A stretch of DNA of 62,019 nucleotides, counting the filler, from Squatina squatina (lineage: Eukaryota), in the NCBI GenBank assembly GCA_031763465.1. It is 4 parts of 4 records of this genome, joined end to end, with 100 filler letters (N's around TTAATTAATTAA, not from the genome) between each part and the next. Parts side by side here need not be neighbours in the genome. Positions count along the whole stretch, not along the records: positions 49,617 to 62,019 come from JARFOE010000001.1; 3 more parts are not named here. The stretch is one strand, 5' to 3'. The position numbers and the translations under genes are program-made. This document shows, piece after piece, positions 50,006-62,019 of the stretch. Numbering within the stretch: the first letter of the stretch is position 1; the number at the start of each line of letters is the position of its first letter. The notes under the pieces are model-generated. The model had not been told where the DNA came from. It saw only the letters and a program-made list of their open reading frames with translations, and did no database searches.

Positions 50006-53000
50006 TTAATTAATTTGACATTCGTACAAAGGAAAGAACTGCAGGGGAAGACATTGAGAGCGAATTCCACAGGCAGGACAACTGCATTGCAATGCTTCAC
50101 TGGTTATAATCAATAGAAATTATATGTATTAATACAGTATAGTGAAGTACAGCTGCAGCACCCCTTGGAAAAAACATGGAAGTCCAGTTCAATGATTAGC
50201 TGCTCTTGAGCATCCCTGATTATAATCACTCAACCATTGGTGGTCATGCCTTCTGTTGCCTAGGCCCTGAGCTCTGGAATTCCCTGCCTAAACCTCTTCG
50301 CCTCTCTACCGCTCTTTCCTCTTTCAAGATGCTCCTTTAAAACCTACCTCTTTGACCNNNNNNNNNNNNNNNNNNNNNNNNNNNNNNNNNNNNNNNNNNN
50401 NNNNNNNNNNNNNNNNNNNNNNNNNNNNNNNNNNNNNNNNNNNNNNNNNNNNNNNNNGAGTTGTCAGTGCCAATGCCGGCAGTGGACCTCGCGTTCTGTG
50501 GGCCAATTTCCCCCGTGGGGCACAAAGGGGTCGTTGTGGGCAGTGAGGAGAAGGCAATCATGGTGCACAGCTCAAAAGGCCTTGCACCTCCGCGACCTCG
50601 CGGGGAATTTCCTAGAAGACGAAATACATTTATTGCCCCGCTAGCCCCCCCTACCCCCCACCTCGGAGGTGTTAATGGGGCAAAAAAATGTGCAATTTCT
50701 AGTGTTCCTGCCAAGATCTGGAAGTTTTTTAAATTGTGGTTTGAACTCGTCAGCATTTTTTCTGCTGACTATTAGCTGATAATGTCGAATGTAAAACCTG
50801 TTTTTTACAGAAATGATATTATCTGCTGAGGGTGAATTTGGATATAGGGGGAGATTTTCCTGGGTGTGTGCCCAGGTACACTGGATCATCTGGGCTCAGT
50901 GAATATTAGAATCAGGCAGTTCGGAGCGTGCACCTGCAGTGGAATCTGTTCGATTTACCTCTACATAATATAGGCAATGCTATTTTAATGCAGACAATAC
51001 CCTATTTAAATGGTTAACAATGTCACTAAAACTGCAGAGGTGTTGACTCATTTCTAGATTATAGCAAGTGTTAGTCATTTTGGCTATGAATCTGATATGC
51101 ATTCCTCTGTTGCTGTGGGAGTAATGTTGCCAATGCAAAAGTTAGCCATGCAACCAAATATATGTTGCAGCACTAAAAATTAATGTCAGTTTTGATGTTA
51201 ATGTTTTTAAGAAGGAGGAATTCATTAAAAATCTGGAAAAAAAAGTCTTCAGAGGAGCATCCTTGGAGTTAATTGCTTGCAAATGTCAGGAGGACATATT
51301 NNNNNNNNNNACTAGCATGACTACAGATGTTATAAAGATCACTATAACAGAGAGTCGTGTACAATAGCTGCATGAGAGGGGCCCCTGTCCCAATGTACCA
51401 ATGTGCCTGCTAAAGAGGAGCCACAGCTGTTAACGACAAAGGCTGTCAAGGCGGCCGGAGGAATATAATACGGTTGAAGTATCTGTAAATCTGAAACATA
51501 AAGGTATAAACATCCCAACATGTTAATCACATGGTAAACAGATTCTTACACAACAATCCATCACCTGTATACAGAAACACACATAATGAGACCCCTATGA
51601 TATCTGTCATGCTAGCTGATCCTAAGGTAACGCAGTAGCTGGCATGGTCTGCTGGTTTGAGAGTGCAAGCTGCATTATGATGTTACTGTTGATAATGGTG
51701 TACAAGCTAAACTCCATCCATTAACCACTAACAAAAGGATTTGCTACATTACTGTCACCACAAACGACTTTCAGTCCAGTGTTAACATTACTGGTAAAAT
51801 GCGCGAGGCAATTTGTTTTAAACACGGATTGCAGGAGGGCTGCACACAGACCATTCTATTTACATTTGCCCAGTTGGTGGCTGTGCCTTCAGTTGCCAAG
51901 GCCCTAATTTCTGGAAATCCCTGCCTGAACCCGTCCGCCTTTCTATCTCTCGCTCCTCCTTTAAAGACGCTCCTTAAACCTCTATGACCAAGCACCNNNN
52001 NNNNNNNNNNNNNNNNNNNNNNNNNNNNNNNNNNNNNNNNNNNNNNNNNNNNNNNNNNNNNNNNNNNNNNNNNNNNNNNNNNNNNNNNNNNNNNNNTAAT
52101 GTAATCTGTTTTTTCAATTTTCTCTTTTCATCCTAGATTATTCTTTTCAAACAATATTTATATTAGCTTTGTTTTGGACATTTTAAACATTTTTAAGTAT
52201 CATGAATTCATGCTATTTCCATTTTATTTACAAAGGTGTAATCTGTCTTGTGCCAATTATTCATTTTGCTCAATGTAATAAATGAGGGAAGGTTTCTATA
52301 GACACAATCCACTTTCAACATTCATCAATTTTACTGAGGTCGAAATGGACCATTAACCCAGTCCCTACCCACAACCTTCTGACTCATAAACAAGAGTGCC
52401 ACAGCTGACACTAAACTCATGCAATCCTATGCTTTTACAGAAACAAAGCTTTTAATTATGTAAGAAAAAAGAGAAAGATCTTGCATTCAAGTAGCACGTT
52501 TCATAACTTCAAGTTCCAAGCCCTCCACAGGAAATTAATTACTTTTTAAGTGTAGTCACTGTTGTAATGTAGGGGAAATCAGTAGATGGATCCATGTTCA
52601 ATCATTTCTCTGATAGCTCACTAAGTGGAACATATCACGGTAAGGAATTGCTTACTCAATCCAATACCATCTCATAAGCACATACCTCCTGCCAGCTAAT
52701 AATCTGCCCATTCTCTCAAATGCATTGTAAATCATCATCTCACTCCAAACCAATCAGGATTGATGTTTAACAGTACAGAATGACATTATCAAACGGCAGA
52801 TAGTGTAAAGGCCTGGCATCTATCAACTCAAACATGTCCAGTAACTATAAAAGAAAACAGAAAAAGCTGCTGGACATCATTTCTGATCCTGTAATTAAAA
52901 TTCAAACTCTTAATGCTTTTTTTATGTGCAGGTTTAATTGAATGTGATTGGGGATCCTGAGTTGTTTTTTGTATGGTAGCTAATTATGGATGGATGTTTA

Positions 53001-53977
53001 ATTTAATTTTAGTCAAATTCCTGGGAATGGATAGGGTTGGAATTTAAACTGATGGGATTCTGAACATTTTTAAAAGGATTGCCCTTCTCCTCTCCTGCAG
53101 GTGCCATCTCTTACAGTGGCACGGTTCTATAGATGCCAGGCACACACCAGTATCTTGCCAAATAACCTTTGTTCGCATATGCATCTAAACAGTGAGTGTC
53201 ATCGGGCTCTTCAACCCTGGGGATCCACCCTGTCCTCGCGGACATGCACTTTCCAGAAGTATAGCTTTTCCTTTCCATAGCCCAAAGTCATCGAAGACAA
53301 CTTATATGATATGCTGGGATTGCTGCTCTGCCGATGCTGGCCTGATAGCCCCAAATAGTCTGACCTTGCAACCTAATGCAAGGACAGCTCGTTAGTATCA
53401 TTTGACAGTGCCCCCCAACATGATGCAGTCATGGTTCACAGGGGTCAGGTTCTAGGTATTGGGCACCAGCAGCAATGGAAGGGCCGCTGATTCATGGTCC
53501 TCGTATTGTTTTCTTGCACTGCAGCCACTGGAGAATTGAGGCCAGTTACAGAATTAGGCTGATGAAAGCTGGAATAGAAACGGGGGAACAGGTAAGGGTA
53601 GCTCAGTGTCGATGAAAGGCATTCCAGTTGCAATATGGGGAGGCCCCTCATTTGCAAGTTTTTTTTGAGCCTTTAACACACAGTTTGTGCATAGGCTTGC
53701 AGCACACTGCACACTGGCCTGTCAGCTTCTGGTACGCTGAGGGCTTTTAGCTTGGTATCGGCCTCTGTGCCCAAAACATCATGCTGCATGCAATTATATC
53801 ATCAGCCCCACTTAATGATTTGGATTTTCAGTCAAGCAGTCATCAACTCTAATGCCAACACTTCAAACATCATCGAAAATCAAGTGGAAATCTTCTGCAC
53901 GTTCATGAGGAGCGTGGGATGCTGAAGCAATCACCACTAACAAGGTGAGGATGTGGCCTGTGTTGAATCTATGTGTG

Positions 53978-54213
53978 CCAATCCTCCAAGATTGTCCTAG
54001 AGTCTCCAGAAATTGAAGATTAATCTCCAGGACACCACTGCGGGAAACCGAGGAGAAAACTCCAAGGCCCATTAAAGACAATTGCGTTTTTATTTTAATT
54101 TTAGTTGAACACTTCCGTTTATTAATTATAATGAGGCTGTTTGGAGCGTGGCGGTTGGAGGTGGTTCCATGTGATGGACCCTCCAGGAATACGTCCCACC
54201 CAAGTTGACAACC
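53978..54213. mobile_element. MITE-like DNA element with GGGTTGCCAAC-type terminus
   Basis: Ends gttgacaaccc; starts ccaatcctccaagattgtcctagagtctccag; left TIR eroded. Confidence 0.45.
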
Positions 54214-55451
54214 CGAGTGTGTAACGGTGACGCAGGGACAGATGGAGTTCGGCATTGATGGAATGTGAGTTTGTGCCTCTGTACTGACCATGTGAGTGTG
54301 ACTCTGTCCGTGTCACAGAATGGTTCCACTGTCCTTTGATAATGTCTATGTGGGCGGAGGGGGAAATGACATGGCTGCGGCATGAGGGAAGTGTCAGGAG
54401 TGTGATTTTTATGTGTGAAACACATTGGAAGCCATTCAGGCACGGAGCTGTGGTTATTTTCAAGAGTGATATTTTTAATTCAAAATGGATGTGGCTCATT
54501 TCAAAGGACTGAGGCTTGAGAGACCTGGAACTGATGGCTCTCATAGGTAAATGCAATGGAAGAGGAGATGGAGGAATATTTTCGGCATGAATTATATCCT
54601 TAGCCACTGCCCACTCCAAACTCTGGACTTGGCACTGATGACCCCCATAAATGGTTAACAGATGGTTACACCTCAGCATACACTGGCAAAGGCATTAGAA
54701 AGGAAGAGAGGGTGAGATCACACTGATTGTGTGTGATTGGGGTGGAAAGAGTTCTGTTGTGCAGTCCATAGTATGGTGAATTGCTGATGTAGGACAGGAG
54801 CATATCTGAGTCTGCACTGTGTACATAAAGGCCCCTACTGTGATTGTTCCTATGAATCAATGAAAGCAAGAAACCAATTCCTCTAACTTGANNNNNNNNN
54901 NNNNNNNNNNNNNNNNNNNNNNNNNNNNNNNNNNNNNNNNNNNNNNNNNNNNNNNNNNNNNNNNNNNNNNNNNNNNNNNNNNNNNNNNNNNCCACATGTT
55001 TCTGGTTAGGGAAGGTCCTCATCTTTTTTTCTTTTGCAAATATTTTATGGTTGTTAGATGCAGTAATTGTGTGTTATGCCATACTTGAATGATCTCTGAC
55101 CTTGGCTGCTTCAAGCAACTTTATGTACAGACTAGTAACCCTGTTATGGCACAACCCAAGAGAGAAATAGCTTGTTCATGGACCAACTTTTGCATCAGTG
55201 GAAAGGGGGCTTAGGATGCACATTGACACAAAAATAACAGCATAACTCAAGAGTAACCTGCCTCTCAAACATACTGAAACCATGAGGTATGAGACCACTA
55301 CATCATCTGGTGAGAAGGTACATTTAAAACATTCCTTGGCAGTCAACCAACTGGACTTGCTACAAATTGAAGTTAAGCACTCCGTTGTCACTGGGCAAAG
55401 TTGAATGTGCTGCTGACAGTGCGAGTCAGATCTGCCAACTGTGTAAAAGGA

Positions 55452-55557
55452 AGTCTTGCATTCATATAGCACTTTTTACAACCTCAGGCCACCCAAAGTA
55501 TTTTACAGCAATGAAGCTCTTTTGAAGTGTAGTCACTGCTGTAGTGTAAGAAACACA
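55452..55557 (-). mobile_element. Deu-SINE 3' tail
   Basis: cttgcattcatatagc…aatgaagc…gaagtgtagtcactg; another decayed tail at about 52478-52572. Confidence 0.7.
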
Positions 55558-55659
55558 NNNNNNNNNNNNNNNNNNNNNNNNNNNNNNNNNNNNNNNNNNN
55601 NNNNNNNNNNNNNNNNNNNNNNNNNNNNNNNNNNNNNNNNNNNNNNNNNNNNNNNNNAC

Positions 55660-56720
55660 CTTTGTGCAGTGCTTGTCAGTGTTTGCAGCACCTCAATGCG
55701 ATAGAACACTGACAACACAACTGTCAAAATGAATGTGGGCATGGTCCCTTTAAGGAAACTGGCTGATGACTTGTCAATAGACCACTTCCTTTTAATTGGC
55801 CAGGAACCTCGCAGGGCAGACTTAACAAGCCCCATCCATGTAAAATCACTTGGATTCAGCGGGCTACAACCAGGAGCAAGGTTCCAGTATGCATTCAAAG
55901 TCACCCGCCTCAGTCCTGACCCAGTATGAAAAATCGCGGCCATAGTGTGTGAAAGGGATTTTCAGGAAGATTTTATTGGTATCATTGTAGCAAATAGCCT
56001 AGTGCTTTGCTGCATGTGGACTTCCAAGTACTTCGGCTTACTTGAAGAGGAGGAAAGAAACAGGAATGCTGCTGACGGAAGAGGACCTTCAGAGCACCTG
56101 CCCTTATCCTCCCAACTGTGTATACAGGCAAAGAAGAGCATACCAGAATTTAAGTGACGAGTCGAGCACCTGCTGCCCAACTGCCAACAAAACCATTCTT
56201 CTCCTTTCAATCACATTTCAAATTCACTGTTTTAAATCTGTAATTTGAGCACCAAGTTATAAGCTTACCAATGTGAACTTGCATCAGGTATTGTACAAGA
56301 GGCTTCTTGTTGTCCAGCCAGTGTTGCTGCAGTTCATTCATCGGGGGGTAGTGACAGCAGCTCANNNNNNNNNNGGAGGAATCGAACTGCAGTGAGTCAG
56401 AGGTTTTTTTTGCAGGCACTCCTGCTATCTTGGGCCAAATAAAATAGAAACTGAAGATTTCTTGGGCCTTTTTTTAGAGCGGCCTCCAGCAGTCATTTTA
56501 AGGTTGCTCACCACCTGCTAAAAATTAAGGAAGCATGCACGGCACTGACTCACTTTTGCAATCAGCCCCCCCACCTGTTTCGAGCAGAAGGCCTGGGCAT
56601 CCATTCACAGGCCTGTCTGAAAATCTCATCAGGCAGCCTGGGGAATCCTCGGGGCCGCTGCTACTTCCTTGGCATTTTCAACTAGCTTGCAAATGAGGTG
56701 ACCCAGAAGTTCAAAATCAC
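55660..56720 (+). mobile_element. Harbinger-derived element remnant
   Basis: PYPPNCVYRQRRAYQNLSDE at about 56100-56160 resembles the transposase N-terminal RPYP.RVYR.R.SYL.LSE motif. Confidence 0.5.
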
Positions 56721-57378
56721 CTCCCGTATTATTGATTGTACAGGGGATACATGTAAAAATGATCAAATGTGGCATGGAACACTATGTCTCCAGTCCATTT
56801 CTAACTGTAGGAGTTTCACCTGTGGAATGCAACAGGTTAAGCAATGATAGATTGATTTCTTCTGTCTGTTCTAAGTTTACTTCTGGTTTACTTTCCAGGA
56901 GATGAAATACAGTGAGTCTGTGATAATGTAAATTAATGTGTGAGGTCCACTGAACAGGAACAGGAGTTCAATGGCTGTTTTTTCTCCTCTTACATTTATT
57001 TTCAGATGAATGATTTATAATCTACTTTTCAGCAAATTTAAAAATAAGATGATTACAGAGGCTTTAATATGCCTCGGCTGACTTAGGTATGCAAAGAAAA
57101 TGGATTCAATGTGTGAAGCGAGCAAAATATTAATATTTCCAATAGCCATACATTAATAACATCTACCACAATGCTCTTCTGTGTGCTGCTGTTTTGAATA
57201 AAATGTACAAATTACATGTGGAATAGATTACTAAAAATTGCCAGATTAAACAAATCTGATTTTGTAGTGCTATTTCTCTAGTCTGTTTTCAATTTTTGTT
57301 TTGTTTTAATTATGAAACAGTACCAGCCCTGAGAATTAATTACGTCGGTATCATAAGATTGCTGTTTGCTTGTTTTTT

Positions 57379-58120
57379 CTATGTTGTATTTGAAGTAGCT
57401 GTCTTTTTGATGTTAATTGTTAGACCCGTATTCTTGCAAAAAGCCTGCAAGATTTTCATGTTTGCTGCCATTCCTGCGTAGGAATCACTGAGAATGGCTA
57501 TATCGTCAGCAAATGCAAGTGACGAGCAACTAACTGTTTTGTTCTTGAGCTTCATTGCGACCCCCATCTGTGCCTGTTCCAAAGTACATATCAGGGGGTC
57601 CATAGTTATGTTGAACAGCAATGGCGAGAGTGGGTCGCTTTGCTTGACTCCCCTTTTTATGAGTATGGGTTCTGTGATGGTGCTATCACCTTCTATCACC
57701 GTCGTGGTGTCGGTATAGAGACTGTCCACTAGGTGAACAAACCTTTTCGGTACTCCCATCCTCTTTAGTCCAACTGTGAGCATTTTGTGACCAATGGAGT
57801 CAAAGGCCTTTGCAAGGTCCACAAAGACTACCGCCAATTCCTTTTTGTTGCTCTTTGCCCCCTTCATTATGTTCTGTAGGATCGCAATGTTCTCATTGCA
57901 TTCTGGGGTGGCTGCTATGAATCCCTTCTGTCTTGGGTTGAGATTCACCACCTCGGACAGTCTCTTCGCGATGATTTTCGTGAAAAGCCGGAGCAACATC
58001 GGCCCGATCGTGATAGGCCTCCAGTTGTCGATATTCTTGAGGAGTTCTGCATACTCTGTTTTAGGACTTAGTACTGTTCGGCTTTTCTTCAGAGCCGTAG
58101 GTATGAATGCCAATTTTAGC
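57379..58120 (-). mobile_element. R2-clade (RLE) non-LTR retrotransposon reverse transcriptase fragment
   Basis: Stop-free ~245 aa: NIDNWRPITIGPMLLRLF…LNPRQKGFI…VVFVDLAKAFDSIGH…RGVKQSDPLSPLLFNITMDPL…LAFADD…FC..TGL, closely matching vertebrate R2 RT motifs; 5' cut by gap, 3' truncated. Confidence 0.85.
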
Positions 58121-58770
58121 NNNNNNNNNNNNNNNNNNNNNNNNNNNNNNNNNNNNNNNNNNNNNNNNNNNNNNNNNNNNNNNNNNNNNNNNNNNNNNNN
58201 NNNNNNNNNNNNNNNNNNNNGTGTCATTTCATACTGTAATGTTTACATTCTATTGGCTTGTCATGAACAAGAGTAAACTTCATCTTTCTGGAATGTTGGA
58301 TTGCTCCCGGTGAAAAATGAAGTTGGCTCCGAATCAACTAAGCAGCTTTGAAAAGCGATTGTCCTGCTTAAAGAGAGATGAAAAGAAAACACATGTGGTG
58401 TTTTATGAAAACATATAAGAGAGGAATACTTTGTCACTTTAAGAGAATGTACCTCATGCCAAAGTGTGATTACTAATGTGAAATAGGATTGGCTTTCTTA
58501 GTACATACTTATGTTGTGCATTTCTTTTAATCAATTTGCTCATACTGAGATCTAAGGTTACAAGGATTATGCAAGCCTTTTAATGCTTTGGTATACATTT
58601 GTAAACACAAATGAATTGATATTTTTTCTGTATTGAATCATGTTTTTGTAGTAAATCTGGAACATAACATGGTTAGACAATAAAGCTAAGTAGCTTTTTG
58701 GATCAATGGATCACCCAATGTAGTGCTAATCCATTTAGATCAGGATGGAATGACACACTTGGCCACAGTG

Positions 58771-58910
58771 CATAGAAACATAGAAACATAGAAGGAGCAG
58801 CAGTAGGCCATTTCGCCCTTCGAGCCTGTTCTGCCATTCGATGAGATCATGGCTGATCTTCCAACTTCAGTACCCTGTCCCTGGTTTCTCCCAATATCCC
58901 TTGATCCCTT
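58771..58910 (-). mobile_element. CR1 3' end
   Basis: (catagaaa)n followed by gtaggccatttcgcccttcgagcctg…gatcatggctgat. Confidence 0.85.
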
Positions 58911-59901
58911 NNNNNNNNNNNNNNNNNNNNNNNNNNNNNNNNNNNNNNNNNNNNNNNNNNNNNNNNNNNNNNNNNNNNNNNNNNNNNNNNNNNNNNNNNN
59001 NNNNNNNNNNCTACTTTTGAAAGGAAAATTTATAGTATACTTTAAGTTAAGATGTGCAGATTCTCCAGCATTTGAGTTTACAGTCTACAGTTAAGATGTA
59101 CAGAAATGGGAAGTGCCATGAATTCAGAGCATGAGAGGTAGAATTTTTTTTTAAATGATCAACACCCCTGCACACCTCATGAAGCATTGTTAAAAAAATG
59201 CAATCAAAATTTTGTTCCAAGAGATTACTGTGGCTCTGATATTGTGGCACCTCTATTATTAAAACAAAGCTTCATATCTCCTTGTGTAGCTGCTGAAGAC
59301 TCTCATTAACACATTCTCAAATCTGAACAACTAACTGTTGATGAAGTGCGACTTCAATGGTTCTGTTCACTTCAGTGGAATGACTTTGAAGTTACAGAGA
59401 TATATAACATTGGTGCTGTACCACATTAAAAACTAAGTCACATGAAAATACAAATGGAGATTGGGTTTTGGAAGACAGTCAAACATCTGTTTCGGATTCT
59501 GAGCTACAGAATGCAAAGGGTGCACTTTTGAATTATTGATCTGATCGCTGAGATCCTTAACATGTTAAGTTCATTAAACTAATTTTTGGAATTCACAGGA
59601 ACATGATGTCTTGAACCTGCTTTGGCCTGCAGGAATAAAGATTGTGAAATCACAAAGGAAATGTAACATTAATAAATGATGCTACTTGCCTTGTACAGGG
59701 GCAGAACAACTCTAAACTATTTCTAGAATNNNNNNNNNNNNNNNNNNNNNNNNNNNNNNNNNNNNNNNNNNNNNNNNNNNNNNNNNNNNNNNNNNNNNNN
59801 NNNNNNNNNNNNNNNNNNNNNNNNNNNNNAAACAATTTCATTTTAAAGCAATTTTCTTTGGATCATTGACTTATGTTATATTTTAAATGTCTATTTGACA
59901 G

Positions 59902-60039
59902 ATATTGATGAATGCACCAAAAGCAATGGGACTGTATGTTCTCATATCTGCCTCAACACTCCAGGGAGTTACCAATGTGCATGCAAGGAAGGCTTCTATC
60001 TCAAAGAGGATGGGAAGACTTGCAGCAAAAGTGAAAGTG
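59902..60039 (+). CDS. CCBE1: Calcium-binding EGF exon of CCBE1 or a CCBE1-like gene (138 nt, phase 1-1)
   Basis: tatttgacag|…|gtaagt; (D)[45 protein letters not shown], versus human [41 protein letters not shown]. The exon is secure; orthology less so. Confidence 0.75.
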
Positions 60040-60656
60040 GTAAGTTGTGAGCTGATGAATATAAAGAATGAAAATATTTTGATTTTCGATTAGGCTATTT
60101 TACCTTCATTGATAAAACTTCAAGTTGATGGGCAACTCCACCTTATTTATTCAATGAGGATAAGCTGAAAGGTTACTCACTATTCTAGTTTTTTCTTTCA
60201 CATGTGTCCTGGTAAGGGAACCTGCTAGCGTCAGAAACTATANNNNNNNNNNGGAAAATAATTTTAAAGGATTCACAGATGGTTGCATTGCCATTTTTAA
60301 ATCACAAATTATTTGAAAATTGATGTTTTTTTGACTTGGTTGCAACTGGAACAACTTTTCATGAGATGGGGAAAATGTGAGGTTGTGGCTCCTTTTCAAA
60401 TGAGATTAAGTGCAAATGATTCTGCTTTAAAAATTGCTATGACATTGTGAATGTTGTTGAATGTCAGTTGCTCGATGTTGTAAAGAAGGTCATGAAGCTT
60501 CGNNNNNNNNNNNNNNNNNNNNNNNNNNNNNNNNNNNNNNNNNNNNNNNNNNNNNNNNNNNNNNNNNNNNNNNNNNNNNNNNNNNNNNNNNNNNNNNNNN
60601 NNCTTGATTTTTTTTTGTTAGCCATGGTTGAGCCCTCTTTCCTGTTTTGTTTTTGT

Positions 60657-61162
60657 AGCCAGTTCTGGGCAGCACACTTTCGGAAGGATGTCAAAGCCTT
60701 AGCGAGGGTGCAGAGGAGATTTACTAGAATGGTACCAGGGATGAAAGACTTCAGTTACGTGGATACACTAGAGAAACTGGGGTTGTTCTCCTTGGAGCAG
60801 AGAAGGTTAAGGGGTGTTCAAAATCTTGAAGGGTTTTGATAGAGTAAATATTTCCAGTGTCAGAAGGGTCAGGAAAAAGAGGACACAGATTTAAGGTAAT
60901 TGGCATAAGTACCTGAGATGACATGAGGGAAAAAAGAATGTACATAGTGAGTTGTTATGATTGGTAACGCACACTGCCTGAAAGGAGGGGTGGAAGCAGA
61001 TTCAATAATAACTTTCAAAAGGGAATTGGATAAATGCTTGAAAAGGAGAAATTTACTGGGCTGTGGGTAAAGAGCTCTTGGATAGCTCTTTCAAAGAGCC
61101 AGCACAGGCACAATGGGCTAAATAATCTCCCACCTGTACAGTACCATTCTATGATTCTATGA
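60657..61162 (+). mobile_element. CR1 LINE ORF2 C-terminus and 3' tail
   Basis: QFWAAHFRKDVKALARVQRRFTRMVPGM…LEKLGLFSLEQRRLRG; ends attctatgattctatga. Confidence 0.9.
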
Positions 61163-61914
61163 ATAATGTGTTCTGACAAAATCACTCCTCTATCTCTTTC
61201 TCACTCAACAAATGAATCAACTGAAAAGCAACGATTGGTCCTAAGTGATTGGCCTCCACATTGGATGCCAGCCTCTAATGGTTTGACTTGCCAGGCTGCT
61301 GAAAATTTGAACTAAAAAGAAATTAAAATATTGGAGCAGGGCAGGCAGCATGTGAATGAGAAAGATGGGTATCTTTTGTCTCTGTTTGCAGCCCAATTCT
61401 TCCGTCTCATCTTACATCATGTAATAATGGCTGCTTTCTTCTCAAGCAGATTAATTTTTTTAAATGTCAACTAATATTTCAATGCAGATATTCATTTTTG
61501 CCTAAGAGAATACCATTTGCTGGAAACAGATTATTCAATTGATCAGAATTAACTGAGAAAAAATTGTCAGAATCAGCTGCTATTGGAATGTAATAAAAGA
61601 ATAGGTTTTTTTTGGACAGCTGAATGCCATGTGGTGTGGAGATTGGAGAGCCGCGCTGATGGGTAGCTTTCCGCTTTGTCTGAGACGAGCAAAGCTGAAA
61701 GTATTGTAATTCTTAAGGATTAGACACTGAAGGAAGACGATGACTGAACATACAACAGGCTGACAACTCCTATATATTTTCAAAGGAGCAGTTTGACGTA
61801 AAAAGATTAATTACAGGAGATTTTTAGATTTAACCTTTGATCTATTTTAATATTAGTGATTTGCAATTCTCTACAAGCGATAAGAAAGGTCTGTAATATA
61901 CTACTAATAATAAA

Positions 61915-62019
61915 TATAGAAACATAGAAGATAGGAGCAGGTGTAGGCCATTCGGCCCTTCGAGCCTGCTCCACCATTCAATGAGATCATGGCTGATCAT
62001 CCAAATTCAGTACCCTGTT
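61915..62019 (-). mobile_element. CR1 3' end
   Basis: Same family as 58771-58910. Confidence 0.85.

Noticed and set aside
54122-54890. 185-aa minus-strand ORF, or possible ancient LINE endonuclease (…SAKSRVW…)
   Set aside because: Runs across a MITE; only one weak motif, not enough to call.
57794-58276. 160-aa plus-strand ORF
   Set aside because: Antisense shadow of the R2 RT and extended through Ns.

Overview
Eukaryotic, repeat-rich, AT-rich genomic DNA, almost certainly from a cartilaginous fish (shark-type CR1, L2, Penelope, Deu-SINE and Harbinger repeats). It comes from a very fragmented assembly: contigs of about 1-3 kb joined by mostly 100-N gaps, plus three artificial 44N-TTAATTAATTAA-44N linkers (14852-14951, 33035-33134, 49517-49616) that split the window into four blocks that may not be truly adjacent. 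Block 2 holds the 3' end of the Kv3.2 channel gene KCNC2 (+; a shared exon and two alternative terminal exons matching mammalian Kv3.2b and Kv3.2a) facing the 3' end of TRHDE (-; five exons or exon parts, with others lost in a gap). Block 4 holds a calcium-binding EGF exon of CCBE1 or a CCBE1-like gene and a stop-free reverse-transcriptase fragment of an R2-clade retrotransposon whose visible flank is not rDNA. Penelope-type terminal repeats carry degenerate minimal hammerhead ribozyme motifs. Block 3 has unidentified candidate minus-strand exons. No prokaryotic systems, CRISPR arrays, rRNA or true tRNA genes were seen. Family assignments come from recognised motifs, not database searches, and repeat boundaries are approximate.
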